Assembly: GCA_964502045.1 (NCBI GenBank)
Contig: CAZCVC010000001.1
Location: forward strand, 1 to 30,885
Length of the DNA: 30,885 bases
Source of the DNA: an uncultured Planctomycetia bacterium
GTDB taxonomy: Bacteria; Omnitrophota; Gorgyraeia; 2-02-FULL-51-18
Reading direction: 5' to 3'
Below are positions 1 to 12,700 of this stretch, in pieces. The notes below the pieces were generated by a model. That model was not told the DNA's origin. It did no database searches and saw only the letters and a program-made list of their open reading frames with translations. A program made the position numbers and the translations under genes. Each line of letters begins with the position of its first letter. Positions within the stretch are counted from its first letter, which is position 1.

Positions 1-720
1 GGCGGCCAGTTGCTCGGCGATCTTGTCGGCTTTTTTGTTGTCGCCGAGATGGACGCGAAAAGGGCCGGCGAACTGCGTCGGATTGTCGTCGTAAGCTTGG
101 ATCAGCTGCGGAAACTCCATCGTCGTATAACCCTGCACGTCGAAATAGTCGATAGCGCGGGTGGCGTAAGCCGCGCGCGCTGGGCCATCCAGCTCGTCCC
201 ATTTTTTATGATCGGCGGCAGCGAAAGCTTTCGCGCGTCCGGTGATGAAGCCGCCGTGCTGGGACGGCAGGGCCGCCCAAAAACGGGAGAGTTCGTTGGA
301 TTTGAGTTCGAGCGCCTTGACTTCTTCGGGCGTCAGCACGAGCATGTACATCGTCGTCATCTGGTTTTCGATGACCGGCGCGGCTCCGTCGTTCGTCGTC
401 ACGTTGACGCGGAAACTGCCCTGCTTGTCGACGCGGATCAGGCGCTCGACGTCGACCGGCGTACCGAGGTTGTCGGAAAGGCGCGCAACGGCGGACTCTT
501 CAAAACTCGTGCCGGCCGCCACGTGGCCGCCGACGAAATCGAACGCACCAGGGTACGTCTTTTTTTTCGCCGATCTTTTCTGGATGATCACGTGCCCGGT
601 TTCGGGATGGACCAGGATGATGCTGACCCCTCGATGCAGCGCGCCGGTGATATGGGCCTGGTCGATGTCCATCTGTCCGATCTTGCTTTCTTTTTCGTCG
701 AAAATATCGATGAGCTTGAC
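1..720 (-). other. Nudix-fold domain copy 3 (IDI/YfcD-like), degenerate Nudix box
   Basis: LIDIFDEK..GALHRGVSIILVHPETGHVIIQKRSAKKKTYPGAFDFVGGHV. Box at 460-528 reads GHVAAGTSFEESAVARLSDNLGT and lacks the REUXEE glutamates. Confidence 0.8.
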
Positions 721-3700
721 AGCCAGGCGGCCGCCCTGCGTTTCGGCCAGCCGCGCGCCCACGCCGGGGCGCATCTTCACCGGCATCTGCTGCGCGCGGA
801 GCGTGTCCGGGAACTTGCGGATGTCAACTTTGTCGGGCGACAAGCTCTGCGACGCTTCCAGCAGACCCGCCGTCGCGAGATATTCGACCTTCGGTCCGAT
901 CTTGGCATAAAGAAGGCCCGGAAACTTTTCGGGCGCCACATTGGCCACTTTGGCTTCTTTTTCTACCATGCCTACGTAATCGTCCGTATGAATGCGGTTG
1001 GGGTCGAACGCACGCGCCAACAGGTACGCCCGCGTATCATCGTCGATATACGCGGCACTGAGAAACTTGCCCATTTCGGAGCGAGTTTCGGGGTTGTACT
1101 GGTATTGCTGAGCCGATTCATAGCTCAGCCGCCAGGCCAGCTCGGCGTTGATGGTTTGGTCCGGATTGCGGAAAAATACGCGCATGTTATTCAGCAGCGC
1201 ATAGTGAAGATAAGGATTGATCGGAATGTCGTTCGGCTCCCCGGGCTCACCTTCGATGTTCGCGTCGTAAGGCGCATCGGGAAAAGCCGGCCGGCGGCGC
1301 GTAACGCGGCGCTCTCTTCCCTCGCCCTCGACCCGCACGATGTAATAGTGAGGATCATCCGGATCGGCCGGGGAAGTGGAAACGTAGACGTCCTCAGGCG
1401 TGCCACCGACGCCGGTCGCGCGCGTACGCATCGGATTGGTCGAATTGTCGTAATACGGCGTCCCGACCGGCTCGCCGTAAGGGTCCGTGGGATGACGCTC
1501 GTCTTTCATGCCGGCCTTAAGCTTCCGGTCGATCCGCGTTACGAAATCTTCATTAGCAACGATGTCGTCGAAAATGTCACGGAAACGGATGAAATAGCGG
1601 CCGCTGTCGTTGTCTTCGAAATAGGTCTCCTCGCCGGACACCGGATCAACGGCTTTCTTGTAGGGCCTACCTTGCGCCGCCGAGATCTGCCGGACGAGAT
1701 CCTCAGAGATCATCAGCGCCTTCGAAAAATGACGCTCATAGGCCTGGATCGCGCCGACGTTGCGGTTCATAGAACCATCCGGCATGTCGGCGCCCGTCGA
1801 TTCAGTCATGTGCACATGGTTCATGATGAAGATGCCGGTCAACGGAAACTGGTAGGACTTATCTTCTTCGCGTTCGCCGATAGTCACGTTTTCGTCGGGG
1901 CGCATCCAGTCCCTGATCGGCATTTTCATGCGCCGCCGCAGGATGTGCTCGACGACTTCGGGATGGAACTGCGAAAGAATGCTCGCGGCCGTGCTTCCGG
2001 CGCCGCAGGTGAATACTTTTGCCTGCTGGAAATTGAGCATCGTCTGCCATGAGGCCGACGGCGTAGACGTGAAATCAGGCTTCCCGTCAGGACCGATCCG
2101 GTAGACGCCGAAGTCGACCATGTAATTATCGTCGAGATAAAGGTTGTCTATGACGCCCTGACTGACGGCCACGTTCGGTTGGCCCGCCAATTCGCCGGTG
2201 GCCCTGTATTTCACGTTCGCCGGATGCGCCCAGTCGATCGGATGTTTATAGCGCGCGACGAGGACGCTCGGCTGTATCGTGGAAACGGAAGTGCCGACGA
2301 CTTTGCGGCTTGTCGTTTCCAAGCCCAACATCGTGGGCAGCACGTAGGACAGCACCATAAACTGCTTTTCTTTGTAATCCCTTGTCGCCTGGTCCCAATT
2401 GAGCACGCGCGTTTTGAAGCCCATCGCCAGCTCGTAGAGGTTGCGCACACTGTTTTCTTCGATGACGGCCTTTCTGAAAAAGTCGGGCATTGCCGGACGA
2501 TTGCCGGCATCTTTTAGGTCGATGAAATCATTGTCGATGATGCGTGCCGTGTTAAGCAGGTTGGCGATGAACGATAACGGCAGGTGCTTGGCTTCGGCGC
2601 GCAGCAGGTTGACCGTGTTGTCGATACGGTCTTCGGGTTCGCGCAGCCTCCAGTCCGATGGAATGTCGCGCGCGGTCCTTTCAAGTTCGGCCTTGATCAC
2701 GTCGACATAATGCTTCTTGTCGCCGTGGTCCTTCGCGCTGAGGCGCAGCTCGAAAATCCTCGCGAACGCCGAGTGCTTCGACGCGAGCGCCTCGACAGTT
2801 GAAGGCCGCTTGTCTTCGAGCATCAGGTTCAACATCTGTTCGCGGTCGCCGACGCCATAGACGGGTCCAAACACCGGCCGCACGGCGGCGTTCTGCTTGC
2901 CCGATCCGCCGCCCGAATCAGTGCCGGGAGACGAAGTGCTTTTTTTTCCGAGCGACTTCACGTAATGGAACAGCGTGCCCTCGAACGTCTTCACGAGCCC
3001 GCCGCCTCCGCCGATCATGATGATGTCCGACGGCGGGGCACGGCCGCTGAGAATCAGCTGTTTGATCTGTTTGTAGGTCGGGAAAACTTGCGGCACCGGC
3101 AGCGAACGACCGGGGAAATACATGCCCTCGGCGTCGACCGGATAATCGCCCAGGATGACCTGCGCGACCGATTCGCGCTTGAAATCGGCCTCCTGGTGCA
3201 ACGCTTTCAGGAGCTCGTCGTCGGCATCACGGGCAAGCTTGAGTATTTCATTGCGTGAGGACGCCGCTAGGTCTTTGCGCTTGAGCGCAGCCTGCTTCAC
3301 CAGGTAGAGCCTCTGCATCGCTTTGAAGTTGTCGCTCATGAGCGCATGCACGTGCATCGCGATACGGTCGGCATTGTTGCGCCCTTTTTCGAAATATTGT
3401 CGCGCCGCATTTTTTAGACCGTCCCTCTGGCCATCTCCGAGCGTGTCGTAATCGATAACACCATTCCTCGCCGCGAACCAGCGGGCCCTGGCCTCGACTA
3501 GGCGTTCTTTTGCATCCGCATCGCCGATCTTTTGGTAATCATCAATTTCCTGGCCCTGAAAATAGGTGTTGAACACCGATGAAAACTGCCCCTGATTGTG
3601 GTCGAAACGGCTTACAGCCTCCGTGAGCTTCATAGCTTCATAGCCGCGGACGTCGAAATAGTCCCTCGCTCTTTCACGCAGCTCTGTTTTCTGGCTGTCG

Positions 3701-6700
3701 GGTAGCTGGTCGAAATGCTTGATCCTGTTTTCTTTTGCAGGCTTGAAAAACTGGCGCGCCTTTTGTTCGATCATCCCCGCCTTGTCGGTGGTGGCGGACC
3801 AGAAGCGGTTCAGCTCCTCGTTCTTGGAGTTGAGGAAACGCACTTCTTCGGCCGTCAGCATGACCATGTAGAGCGTGCCGATCTGGTTATCAATGAAATC
3901 GCCGTCGGCGCCGCTCAGGCGGATATACGTCGCGAACGACGACTCTGCCTCGACCTGCACGAGACGCTCTATCAAGATCGGATCCTCGAATGTCTCCAAT
4001 AAACGGTCGACAGCCGCCTGCCTGAAACTGCTTTTGGTACCTACGTGTCCCCCGACAAAATCGAGCCGGTTCGGATATGTTTTTTTGCCGGGCGCGCGTC
4101 GCTGCAGGATGATATTGCCGGTATCAGGATCCACGAGAATGATGTTCACGTTGCGATGCAGCGCGCCGGTGCGGTGCGCCTCTTCAAGGGAAACGGCTGT
4201 GCCCGTGAAAACACCGTCGGCGTCAAGCACATCGACGGTCGTGACGGCGAGGCGCGCGCCTTGCCTTTCCAACGAGGCGGCCGTGACGACTTTCAGGTTC
4301 ACGGTCCTCAGGAAGTCCGAATGTCCTGCCTGGCCGGGCAGTCCGTAGCTGGTGACGATGTTGAAATCCCGTTCCGCGCTGGCCGCGACTTCGGCGCGGA
4401 AAATTTCGATCTCGGTGTATTCGACGTAGCGGGTGAACCGCTCGAATTCTTTCGGCTCGTGGCTGATCAGGACGGGAGCGACGCCGGGCAGGATGTTCAT
4501 GCGGCGTGCGGTCACGGCACTCGGCGTGATCATGATGAGGCGGACGCCGAGCTCGAAAAGACGCTGGGCCGTGGCGCCGGTCTGGCTGAAAATGACGGTG
4601 CCTTTCGCGTTGGAGATCGCCGCACGGTGCGCGACCGAATAAGTGCCCTGCCACAAGAGTGAGGAAGCGATCATTTCCTGGTCCTTCTCGAACCTCTCGC
4701 GCACAAGTTTGTCCTGGCGTTCCTTGAAATTGACTTTTTTCTCGGCTTCGCCGATCGAGGCTTTCAGCGCGCGGATCACAAAACCGGTCTGAGTGAACCC
4801 TTCGTCTCCGTTCGCGTAGCTGACGAGGCCCGCGCCTTCGCTGATCGACGCTTCGAGGCTCTGCGGGTCAGCCGGGTCATGGTCGACGATGCTCAAAGCA
4901 CCCGCGGCCAGCGTTTTTTGAAGGAACGTGTTGCGTACCAGGGGATAATGCTGAGATCCGGCTTCCTTCGATATCGCCTTCTTGTCGAGCCAAACGCCGT
5001 CCAGCGAAGGCAGCACGCGCTCGAGGTTGTCGAACGCTTCCTGCGTGCCCACTTTCGCGAAAAGGAACGCTCCGTTCGTGATTTCCGCGCGGAACCGAGC
5101 GAGGTCGCGGCTCTTGCTGCCGAGAGGCACGACGACGCCGTCCACGTCGAGCTCTTTCATGCCGTAGGCGATGTCCGCCGTGTCTTTTTCGTCGGTCTTG
5201 CCGCCGAGTACCTGTACGACCGTGACGAGGCTGCGCGTTTCGGCCGCGATCTCGCGGAGGCGCTTGACCGTGTCCTTGACCCACTCGCGATGGTCTTCGG
5301 TAATATCGGTAAAATCGAAACTCGCGGACTTCATGCCGCTCTTCAGAAGTTCGCGCAGCGCCGTGTCGGAGCTGAGCGAGGGCGTGATCGCGACCATCAC
5401 GCCGGCGCGGTTCCCGCGATGCGGCGACGACGCCAGGATCAGCGGCTCTTCCTGCAGGATCTGCACGCCCGGATGCGGGATAACGGTGTCGAGTCCGGAT
5501 TCCAGCAAGAGTCGCGCTTCGCGCGAACCGAGATTTTTTTCTTTCAGCACGTCGAGCACGACAAGGCGGTCTTCGGGACGCACCGCGAGCCTGTCCATAA
5601 TCGAGGTGAATGCCGCCGTGTCCTTCAGCACCGTCGGTTTTTCTATCTTGTCGCTGTCTCGGCGGCCGATGTCGACGTTCACGATGTAGGCGACATTGCC
5701 GATCTTCACGCGGTAGGACTTGATGTCGGGGTTCGTGTTGTTGATCGGCATCGCATCGTCGGGACGATCGAGGAAATAGCGGTTCAAGCGCTTGCGGAAC
5801 CATTCTCCTGCGAGGAAATCGTTCGCGCGGCGGTCGCCCTTCATCGCCTTCTGCAGAACGGCCACCGGGTCCCGGTAAGCGGCCAGCGCGTCGCTGACCG
5901 TCGAAAGGTTCGCGGCAGCGGTCATCAAGTGTCCGAGCGGACGGCTCAGCTTCACCGAGGCTACCTGATAGGCCGCGAAATCGTCGGGACGCTCGTGGCG
6001 CAACTTTAAGCACCAGTTAAAAACGGCGCGGAAATCTTTTTCTTCGGGCCCGTTCGGGATCAGCACGTTGCCCGAGCCGGGTACCGTGCGGTCGAGCACG
6101 ACGCCGTTCAACTGCGTGATGCCTTCGATCCAGGGCGCGGCGATCATCAGGGCGCCGTTGACGGCGCTGTCGGACTCCGTGAATTCGGCGGCGCCGGTCG
6201 CGCGCCTTGAAACCATCACCTGCACGTCGAAGATTGAAAGCGCTTTCAGTTTTTCCCTCGGGCCCCAGCCGGTCACGACGATGAGGCCGCCAGGGACCTC
6301 CTCGTTGACTTCTTTTTCCAGGGCCTTCAGCCTGAGCAACATTTTGTGGCTGTCCTCGCTGGGCTGGACGTTCACCATCAGCACGACCTGGCCGCCCGCG
6401 CGTTCGTCGTTGCTGCGCACGATGTCGAGGATGTTGTCACGCGTCCATACGGTCTGCTCGTCGATCTTTTCGGGCACGAGGCGCGCGACGATGCCGAACG
6501 TGGTCTTGTTTGGATCGAGCTTGGAGAAAAGGGGATTATAATCGTTCAGCGTCTCGTCGTCGCGCGCGGCTTCCTTGGCCAGGACCTTGGCGCTCTTAAA
6601 CTGCGTGATGGTGGGACGCTCGAAATCGACGCCGGCGTCGGCCGCTGTCAGGTGCTTGCGGAATTCGGACTGAGATTCGGGCCGGTTGTCGCCGTTCGTG

Positions 6701-9700
6701 TTGGCCACGGCGGGCGTCGCCGTCGGATCCAGGTGCGCCAGATCGTCCATATGAGGGCCGCTGACTTTCGAATTGGCGTCGGCGGTGCGGATGGCGCCGC
6801 TGGTGTCGTCGGTGTCGGTGATGCGTTCAAAATAATGGTGCATGTGCTGTGGGATGCCGGCGCGGTTCAGCGCTTTGCGGCCGTCGTTCAACGGATACGT
6901 GCCGCGGTTCGGGTACGTATGGGAAACGTGCCAGAAAAACGCGTCTTTCAGGATGTGTTCTTCTTTACGCCTCTGCGAATTTTCTTCTTCGATGCGGCGG
7001 TAAACGAACAGTTTGCCGATCTGTCCGTCATTACCGACGACGACGGGCGCCTTATAAGCCGCTTTCTTCGCTTCTTTATCGCGTTTTTCGAGTTCTTCGA
7101 TGAGCTTCAGCGACGCGCGGCTGAAAAATTCCGAAAATTCCTGCCAGGAGCCGGTGCCGTATTTCTCGTACTGGTACATCAGTTTCGTGATGCGGCCGTC
7201 CTTGTCGCGGATGAGCCAGGCTTCCTTGCCTTCCCGGTTGGTCCCCCGGAAAGCCTCCGCCGTGACGTCTACGCCCCCGACCTTGACCTGGAACGTCAGC
7301 TGGGGTTCGGGCTGTAAGTCATTGGCAGGCCACGGAAGAGTGCTGTAATCGAACGGTTTGGGCTCGAAAACGTTCAGCTTTGTGTTGGGATCGACGACCG
7401 GGTGGCCGGCGGCGTCGCGGACGAGCTCGAGACGCAGGCGGTACATCGGCTCGATCGTCACGACCTGCGCCTTGCTCTGCATCAGTGTGGTTTCGCCGGA
7501 AGAAACGAACTGCAGCACGGGTCCCAGCCCGCCGCCCACGAGCGAAATTTCGGGCGAAATATTGTAGACGGTGCGCCCCTCGAGTTCGGGCGCGAACCTT
7601 TCGAGCCAGTTATCCCGGACGATGCCGAACATCATCAGGATGCGGTCGGCCAGCACGCTCTTGGCCAGCGCCGGGGACGCCGACTCCTGGATCAGCTTCA
7701 GCACGGTTTCCTGCTTCGCCTTGTCCATGATCGCGACGGCCCGCAGCACGGGCTGATAGCGCTCGACCGGGTATTGGTGAAGCAATTCGATGGTGTCGGA
7801 ATATTCGAGCAGTATTTCGGTCAGTTTTTGTTCGGGAGCGCCAGAGGCCAGCGCGTCATCCAGGACTTTTTTGATATATTCGACACTGTTGGTCTTCACG
7901 GCCAAAAGCGGCTTCGGCACGTTCAGCATCAGCCCTTTGCCGGCTTTTTTCAGGAGGCCGATGCGCTTCATGCGCTCGACGAGAAGTCCGATCTCGGTCT
8001 TGTCGGTCTGCAGGCCGAACGCTTTGAGCCGGTCCTCTATCAGCGCGACCAGCACGGTCCTATCCACCGGCGCTGATTCTTCCTGCGCCAGAAAGATGGA
8101 ACCGATGATGTTCATGCGCTGCCAATTAGGCCTCAAGTCCCAGCGGCCATCCGGCCATTTGTCGCCGACGCCTTCCCAAAGCCTTTCGAGATAAGTCGGT
8201 ACCGCGGCGACGAGGCGTGCGCCTTCCGCTTTCAAAGTTTCTGCGAAATCTCCGGCTTCCGTTTTTTTCCGCGGCGCAACGGCGGCCATGCGGGAAGCAG
8301 CCACGATTTGTTTGTCCAGCTCGAGACCCCGGCCGACTTTGTACTGCAGTATTTTCCAGACCAATCCGCGTTCCGTCATCAGCGCGCCGATCTCTCTCTC
8401 GGCCTGCTCCCGGTCGGTATTCTCTTTCAGGAACACGGCGCCGACGCCGCCTCCGAAAGAGCCTGCGCCCTTCTGTCCTTCCACGTAGGAGGGCATTGCC
8501 AGCACCAACGCGTTCCAGTCGGCGTTGACATACGTCGGCGAATTCACGGCGAACGCATTTCCTTCTTCGATAGTCAGTCGTATCACTTCGTTCAGATCTT
8601 GGCGGGCAAGCGCGGCGATAAGGGCAGCGGTGCGATCGGCGCCGGTATCACGCGTGCGCGGGAAGCTCTTGGAGCCGCGCAGACGCAGCTCGATCAACGG
8701 TTCGAGGATTTTTTGGGCGCTGGTACCGGCAACGCGTATGCCTGTATCGATGAGTATCATGCGGTCCGCGAGGCGGCGCGTGATCTGGTCTTTCAGGTCG
8801 GACGAAAGTCCCAGGCCGATCTCCTTCAGTGTGTCGATCGTGCCGGCCCCCTCAGTGCCGATCAGGTTCAGTCCGGCAAGGATCGTACCGTAAGGGTCCT
8901 GCCATCCGCCGGTGGAATTATCGGGGTTGCGGCTGCCGAGAAACGCTTCGACGGCGGCCGCGCGCAGCGCGATCTCGGCGTTGGTGCGCGGCTGGCCCGC
9001 CAACTCGAACAGTTCTTTCAAAAATTCTGCGGCCGCGCCGCCCGAGCCTCCAAGACCGTTCGGAAGCGGCTTCGCGCAGCGGATCTCGAGACCGTTCATC
9101 GGGGCCGTCTTTCCCGCCTCGGTGTTGTTGTAGGCCAGGAAGAAATCCCGAAGGCGGGCCGTAAAAGTTTCCTGTGTGTCCGTGAGTTCCCCGCTTTCGT
9201 TGCGCTGGATGTAGCCGGCCTCGGCCAGAGACGCGACAGCATAGGCGAATTTTGGATCGTCGAGCTTCGAGAAAAGCTGCTGCACGTCCGCGGTTTCGAG
9301 CACGGCGCCGTTGTCCGCGATGATGCGTATTTTTTTCTCGGTGATGGGCCGCATCGAGGCGCCCTCCTCGTAACCCTCGATCTCGATCGCCATGTTCACG
9401 ACTTTACCGGGCACGCCGGAAACCACATCGATGATGAGGTCGCATGCGAGCGCGCCGTGCGTCAGATCGAAGCGTCCGGAGCGGCGCGCTTTCAATGATT
9501 TTCCGTAAAGGTCAGGCGCCAGCGCGAACGGCCCTGCGTAAGGCTGAATGTAGCTGCGCAGCTGCGTCTCGAACGTGCGGTAGATGAGCTGGTTGCGCAT
9601 GCGGCGGTACCTCACCTGCTCGGTGGGGCCGTCGGGCGCGAGCAAATGCAGGTTGTCGCCTATCTTCGAGAACTCGCGAAAATAAGCGGAAGATGTACGG

Positions 9701-12700
9701 TCGAAAAGGTCCGCGAGAAACTGCATCGCGCGCAGGCGGAACTGGATCGCCTGCGATGGGTTCGTCGAAGTGCCGACCTGGTCGTTAGTAATCTTCACCA
9801 TGATCTCGTGCGTTTTTTTCAGCATCTTTCCGAACGTGGCCGGGTCACCGTTCTCGGTCTTGCGTATCAGGTCGTTCATCATACGGCGCGTGTCGCGAGT
9901 GCGGATCAGGCCCTTCATGATGTATTCGTGGATCAGCAGGTTGCGCGTCGCGTTTTCGATCGCGGCGAAGTTGGCGTTGCCCTTTACTCCGAGCTCCAGC
10001 CACCGCAGAGCCAGCGTGATCAGCCCCGAGTTGTCGCCGTCAGCCTTCTCGGCCTGGATCAGTCCGAGTCTCTTTTCTAGGTCTTTCATCGAAGCGACGT
10101 GAAGCTCGAGCTGCGAGATCTTGTATTTCAGCACGCTTGGGTCGATGATCTCGGCGCCGGCGTTGACCGTGTAATACTGCTGGATAATGCCGTTGATGGT
10201 GCGGCCGAGGGCCCTGTCATCAGGTTTCGCGTTACTATATAGGAAGACGGTGTCGGCCTTCTGCTGGCTAAGGACGCTGGCCAGCGCCTGGCTGAAGATG
10301 ATCTGACCGAGCTTTTCGAACGTTTGGTCGCCTTCGTTCCACGGATTCACGAGCGTGTACGTGTATTCTCCGCTGCGGTTCATTTGTTCGACCGCGTAGT
10401 TCAAGCGTGCTTCGAGACGGGCGGCCGGCAGTACCTCGTCGAGCTCCTGGCCAAGCAGATGGCTGCGGTTCTCGATCCGGAAACGAGTCTCGGCTTTGAT
10501 GACCGCTTCTCGCGCCAGCTCCTTATAGACGACGTCGCGCGCGCGGCCGCTGGTGCCGATGCGCTTCGTGACATCGTCGTCGGTGGGCTTGTCGCCGTTG
10601 TCGAGCATCGTGATGCGGTTGTTGATGGTCTCTTCCGAAAGCGGCGTGAGAAATACCGAAATGGGTTGGAAGCCGTATTTGGCCTGCACGTACTCACGAA
10701 TCTTCTGCGCCGCGTTGTTTCCGACTTCGATCAGCGAAAGATGGTCTTTGTCGAGCGCCTCGTCGAGCGACTTCAGGTCGATGCCGTGAAGGTCGCCGCC
10801 GAGCGGCTCTTTGATCAGCAGGATCTTGCCTTCGCTCTCGAGCTGGCGCAATTCGTCCTCGCTGCGGAAATAATATTCGACGCCTTCGTTCTCGCCGGGT
10901 CTCTTGGCGCGGCTATTGTAGATGACGAGGCGTTTTACCGCCTCGCCATGCACGCGCTTCATCTCTTCGAACCCGATCGTTCCCTTGCCGGCACCCGACG
11001 GGCCGGACAGGATGATTAGCTTGTTCGCGCGGCCCACTTTCGAGAAGCCGACCGACCCGACGAGATTCTTCATCTCGACGCTCGACATCATTTTCATGAT
11101 CTCGAATGTAGAGCCGGTCTCAAAAAAGTTCTTCGGCTTGTCCGTGACGAGCCCGAACAGCTTCGTCAGGAATTCCTCTTCGGTCGCCGTGTCAAAATTG
11201 TAGCCGACGAACGCGTGTTCGACCGCCATGTCGCGGACGATGTCCTGGCGGCTCATCTTCCTCTTTAATACCAGCGGGGTCTTCGCGACGAACTGGGCCA
11301 GTCGGGCCGCCAGCACGGTTCCGCCGCTGTCGCGGGCCGCGGCCGCGATCAGGTCCGCGCGCGGACGAGCCGCGTTAGCCTCGAGGCTCGCGACGGCCTT
11401 CGTCAACGCTTCGCGCAGTTCCGGATAGATCAGTTCGAATTGAATGCCGCCGTACTCGCCGGGCTTGCTCAGCACGTCCGCAACGACGGCGGGCCACGGC
11501 ATCCATTTGGACTCGGAGGCCTCGCCTGCTTCGAGCTTGGTCTGGGCGCCGGGCGGCAAAACGACGAAATAAATGCAGCGGTATTGGTTGACGGATTGAT
11601 CGCCGACGTGCACGTAGCCGGTGCCTTCGAACCCGGGACCGGAATCGGCTTTCTTCACGCCGCCCTTCGTCTCTCGGATCTTCCATCCTTTTGCGGGGCC
11701 CAGACGGATCATCTGGCTCTTGGGGAACGGGACGGCTGTTTCTTCCAGGACTTCGCGGCCCGCGGCATCGTCGAAAGCTTCGCCGGCCATGACATTGCCG
11801 GCGGCCGCGACGTCCCAAGTGTTCGGGAAGGCTTTCTTCGTCGGGCTGCGCTTCTGCAGCATCATCTCGACTTTGCCGGCGTTATTGAGGCGGAACATGA
11901 AGACGTTGACGCTGCGGTGATAGGTCTCGGTGCCAATCAGGTATTGGCGCTCTATCGTGTGGCCCGTCACGTCGCCGTCGTTGTCCAGAATATCGGCTCT
12001 TTCCACGGCCAGACGGGCGGCGGCGGTCAAAGGGGCCGGCGCGTCGGATTCGTCGTCGGCATTGAGCACTTCGGCGGGACGGGCCGCGGAATCCGGCATC
12101 GTGCTTTCCCCGTCAAACCAAACGACGTCCTTGCCGCGGACGCGTTGGCTATAGGCCTTAAAAAGGATGTCGCCGAGGTCCGGTGGGCTCAGCGCCAGAC
12201 GGTAGCCGCGCTTGGCCGCGGCATCATAAAACGGAGTGTAGCGGTCCACGATCAACTTGATGTCGGCCGGCGGAACACGGTTCTGGCTGAACACGGCCTT
12301 GTAAGCCAGCAGCAGCTTCGCGATCTGGTTCTTCGCCTCATCGCGCGTCAGCTCTCCGTTGCCGAGCATGTTGTTGAGCTTGAACGAAAGATAAAAATCG
12401 GAGTCCTTGAACTGCTCCTCGTATTCGCGGGGCTTCTGCGTCAGGATCGCGATGTAGGGACGGTCTTTTGATTTTTCGTCGAATTTCGGCATCACGATGA
12501 GGTACGAGAGCTTCTCGCCGTCCATCAGGGACGAAATGCCCTCGGAGTGGAAGCCGCCGGTGATCAGCGCCGCGACGCGCGCTCCTTCTTGTTTCATGCG
12601 GGCGCGCGTGTTTCGGATCAGCGCCTCATTGCGGCGCGAGGCCAATTCGTAAAACTTCATCGCATCGGGGATCGACTCCTCGAGCACCGAGAAATCGACG

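Noticed and set aside
7880-8060. Possible winged-helix segment (EIGLLVERMKRIGLLKKAGKGLMLN) before the GT-B domain
   Set aside because: The pattern is too generic to support without a profile search.
10411-10425. AARLE near-match to the junction motif
   Set aside because: It lies inside the guanylate kinase-like domain and has a non-matching fifth residue; not counted.
12571-12585. GARVA near-match to the junction motif
   Set aside because: It is part of the strand leading into ALITGGFH within the N-terminal domain; not a junction.
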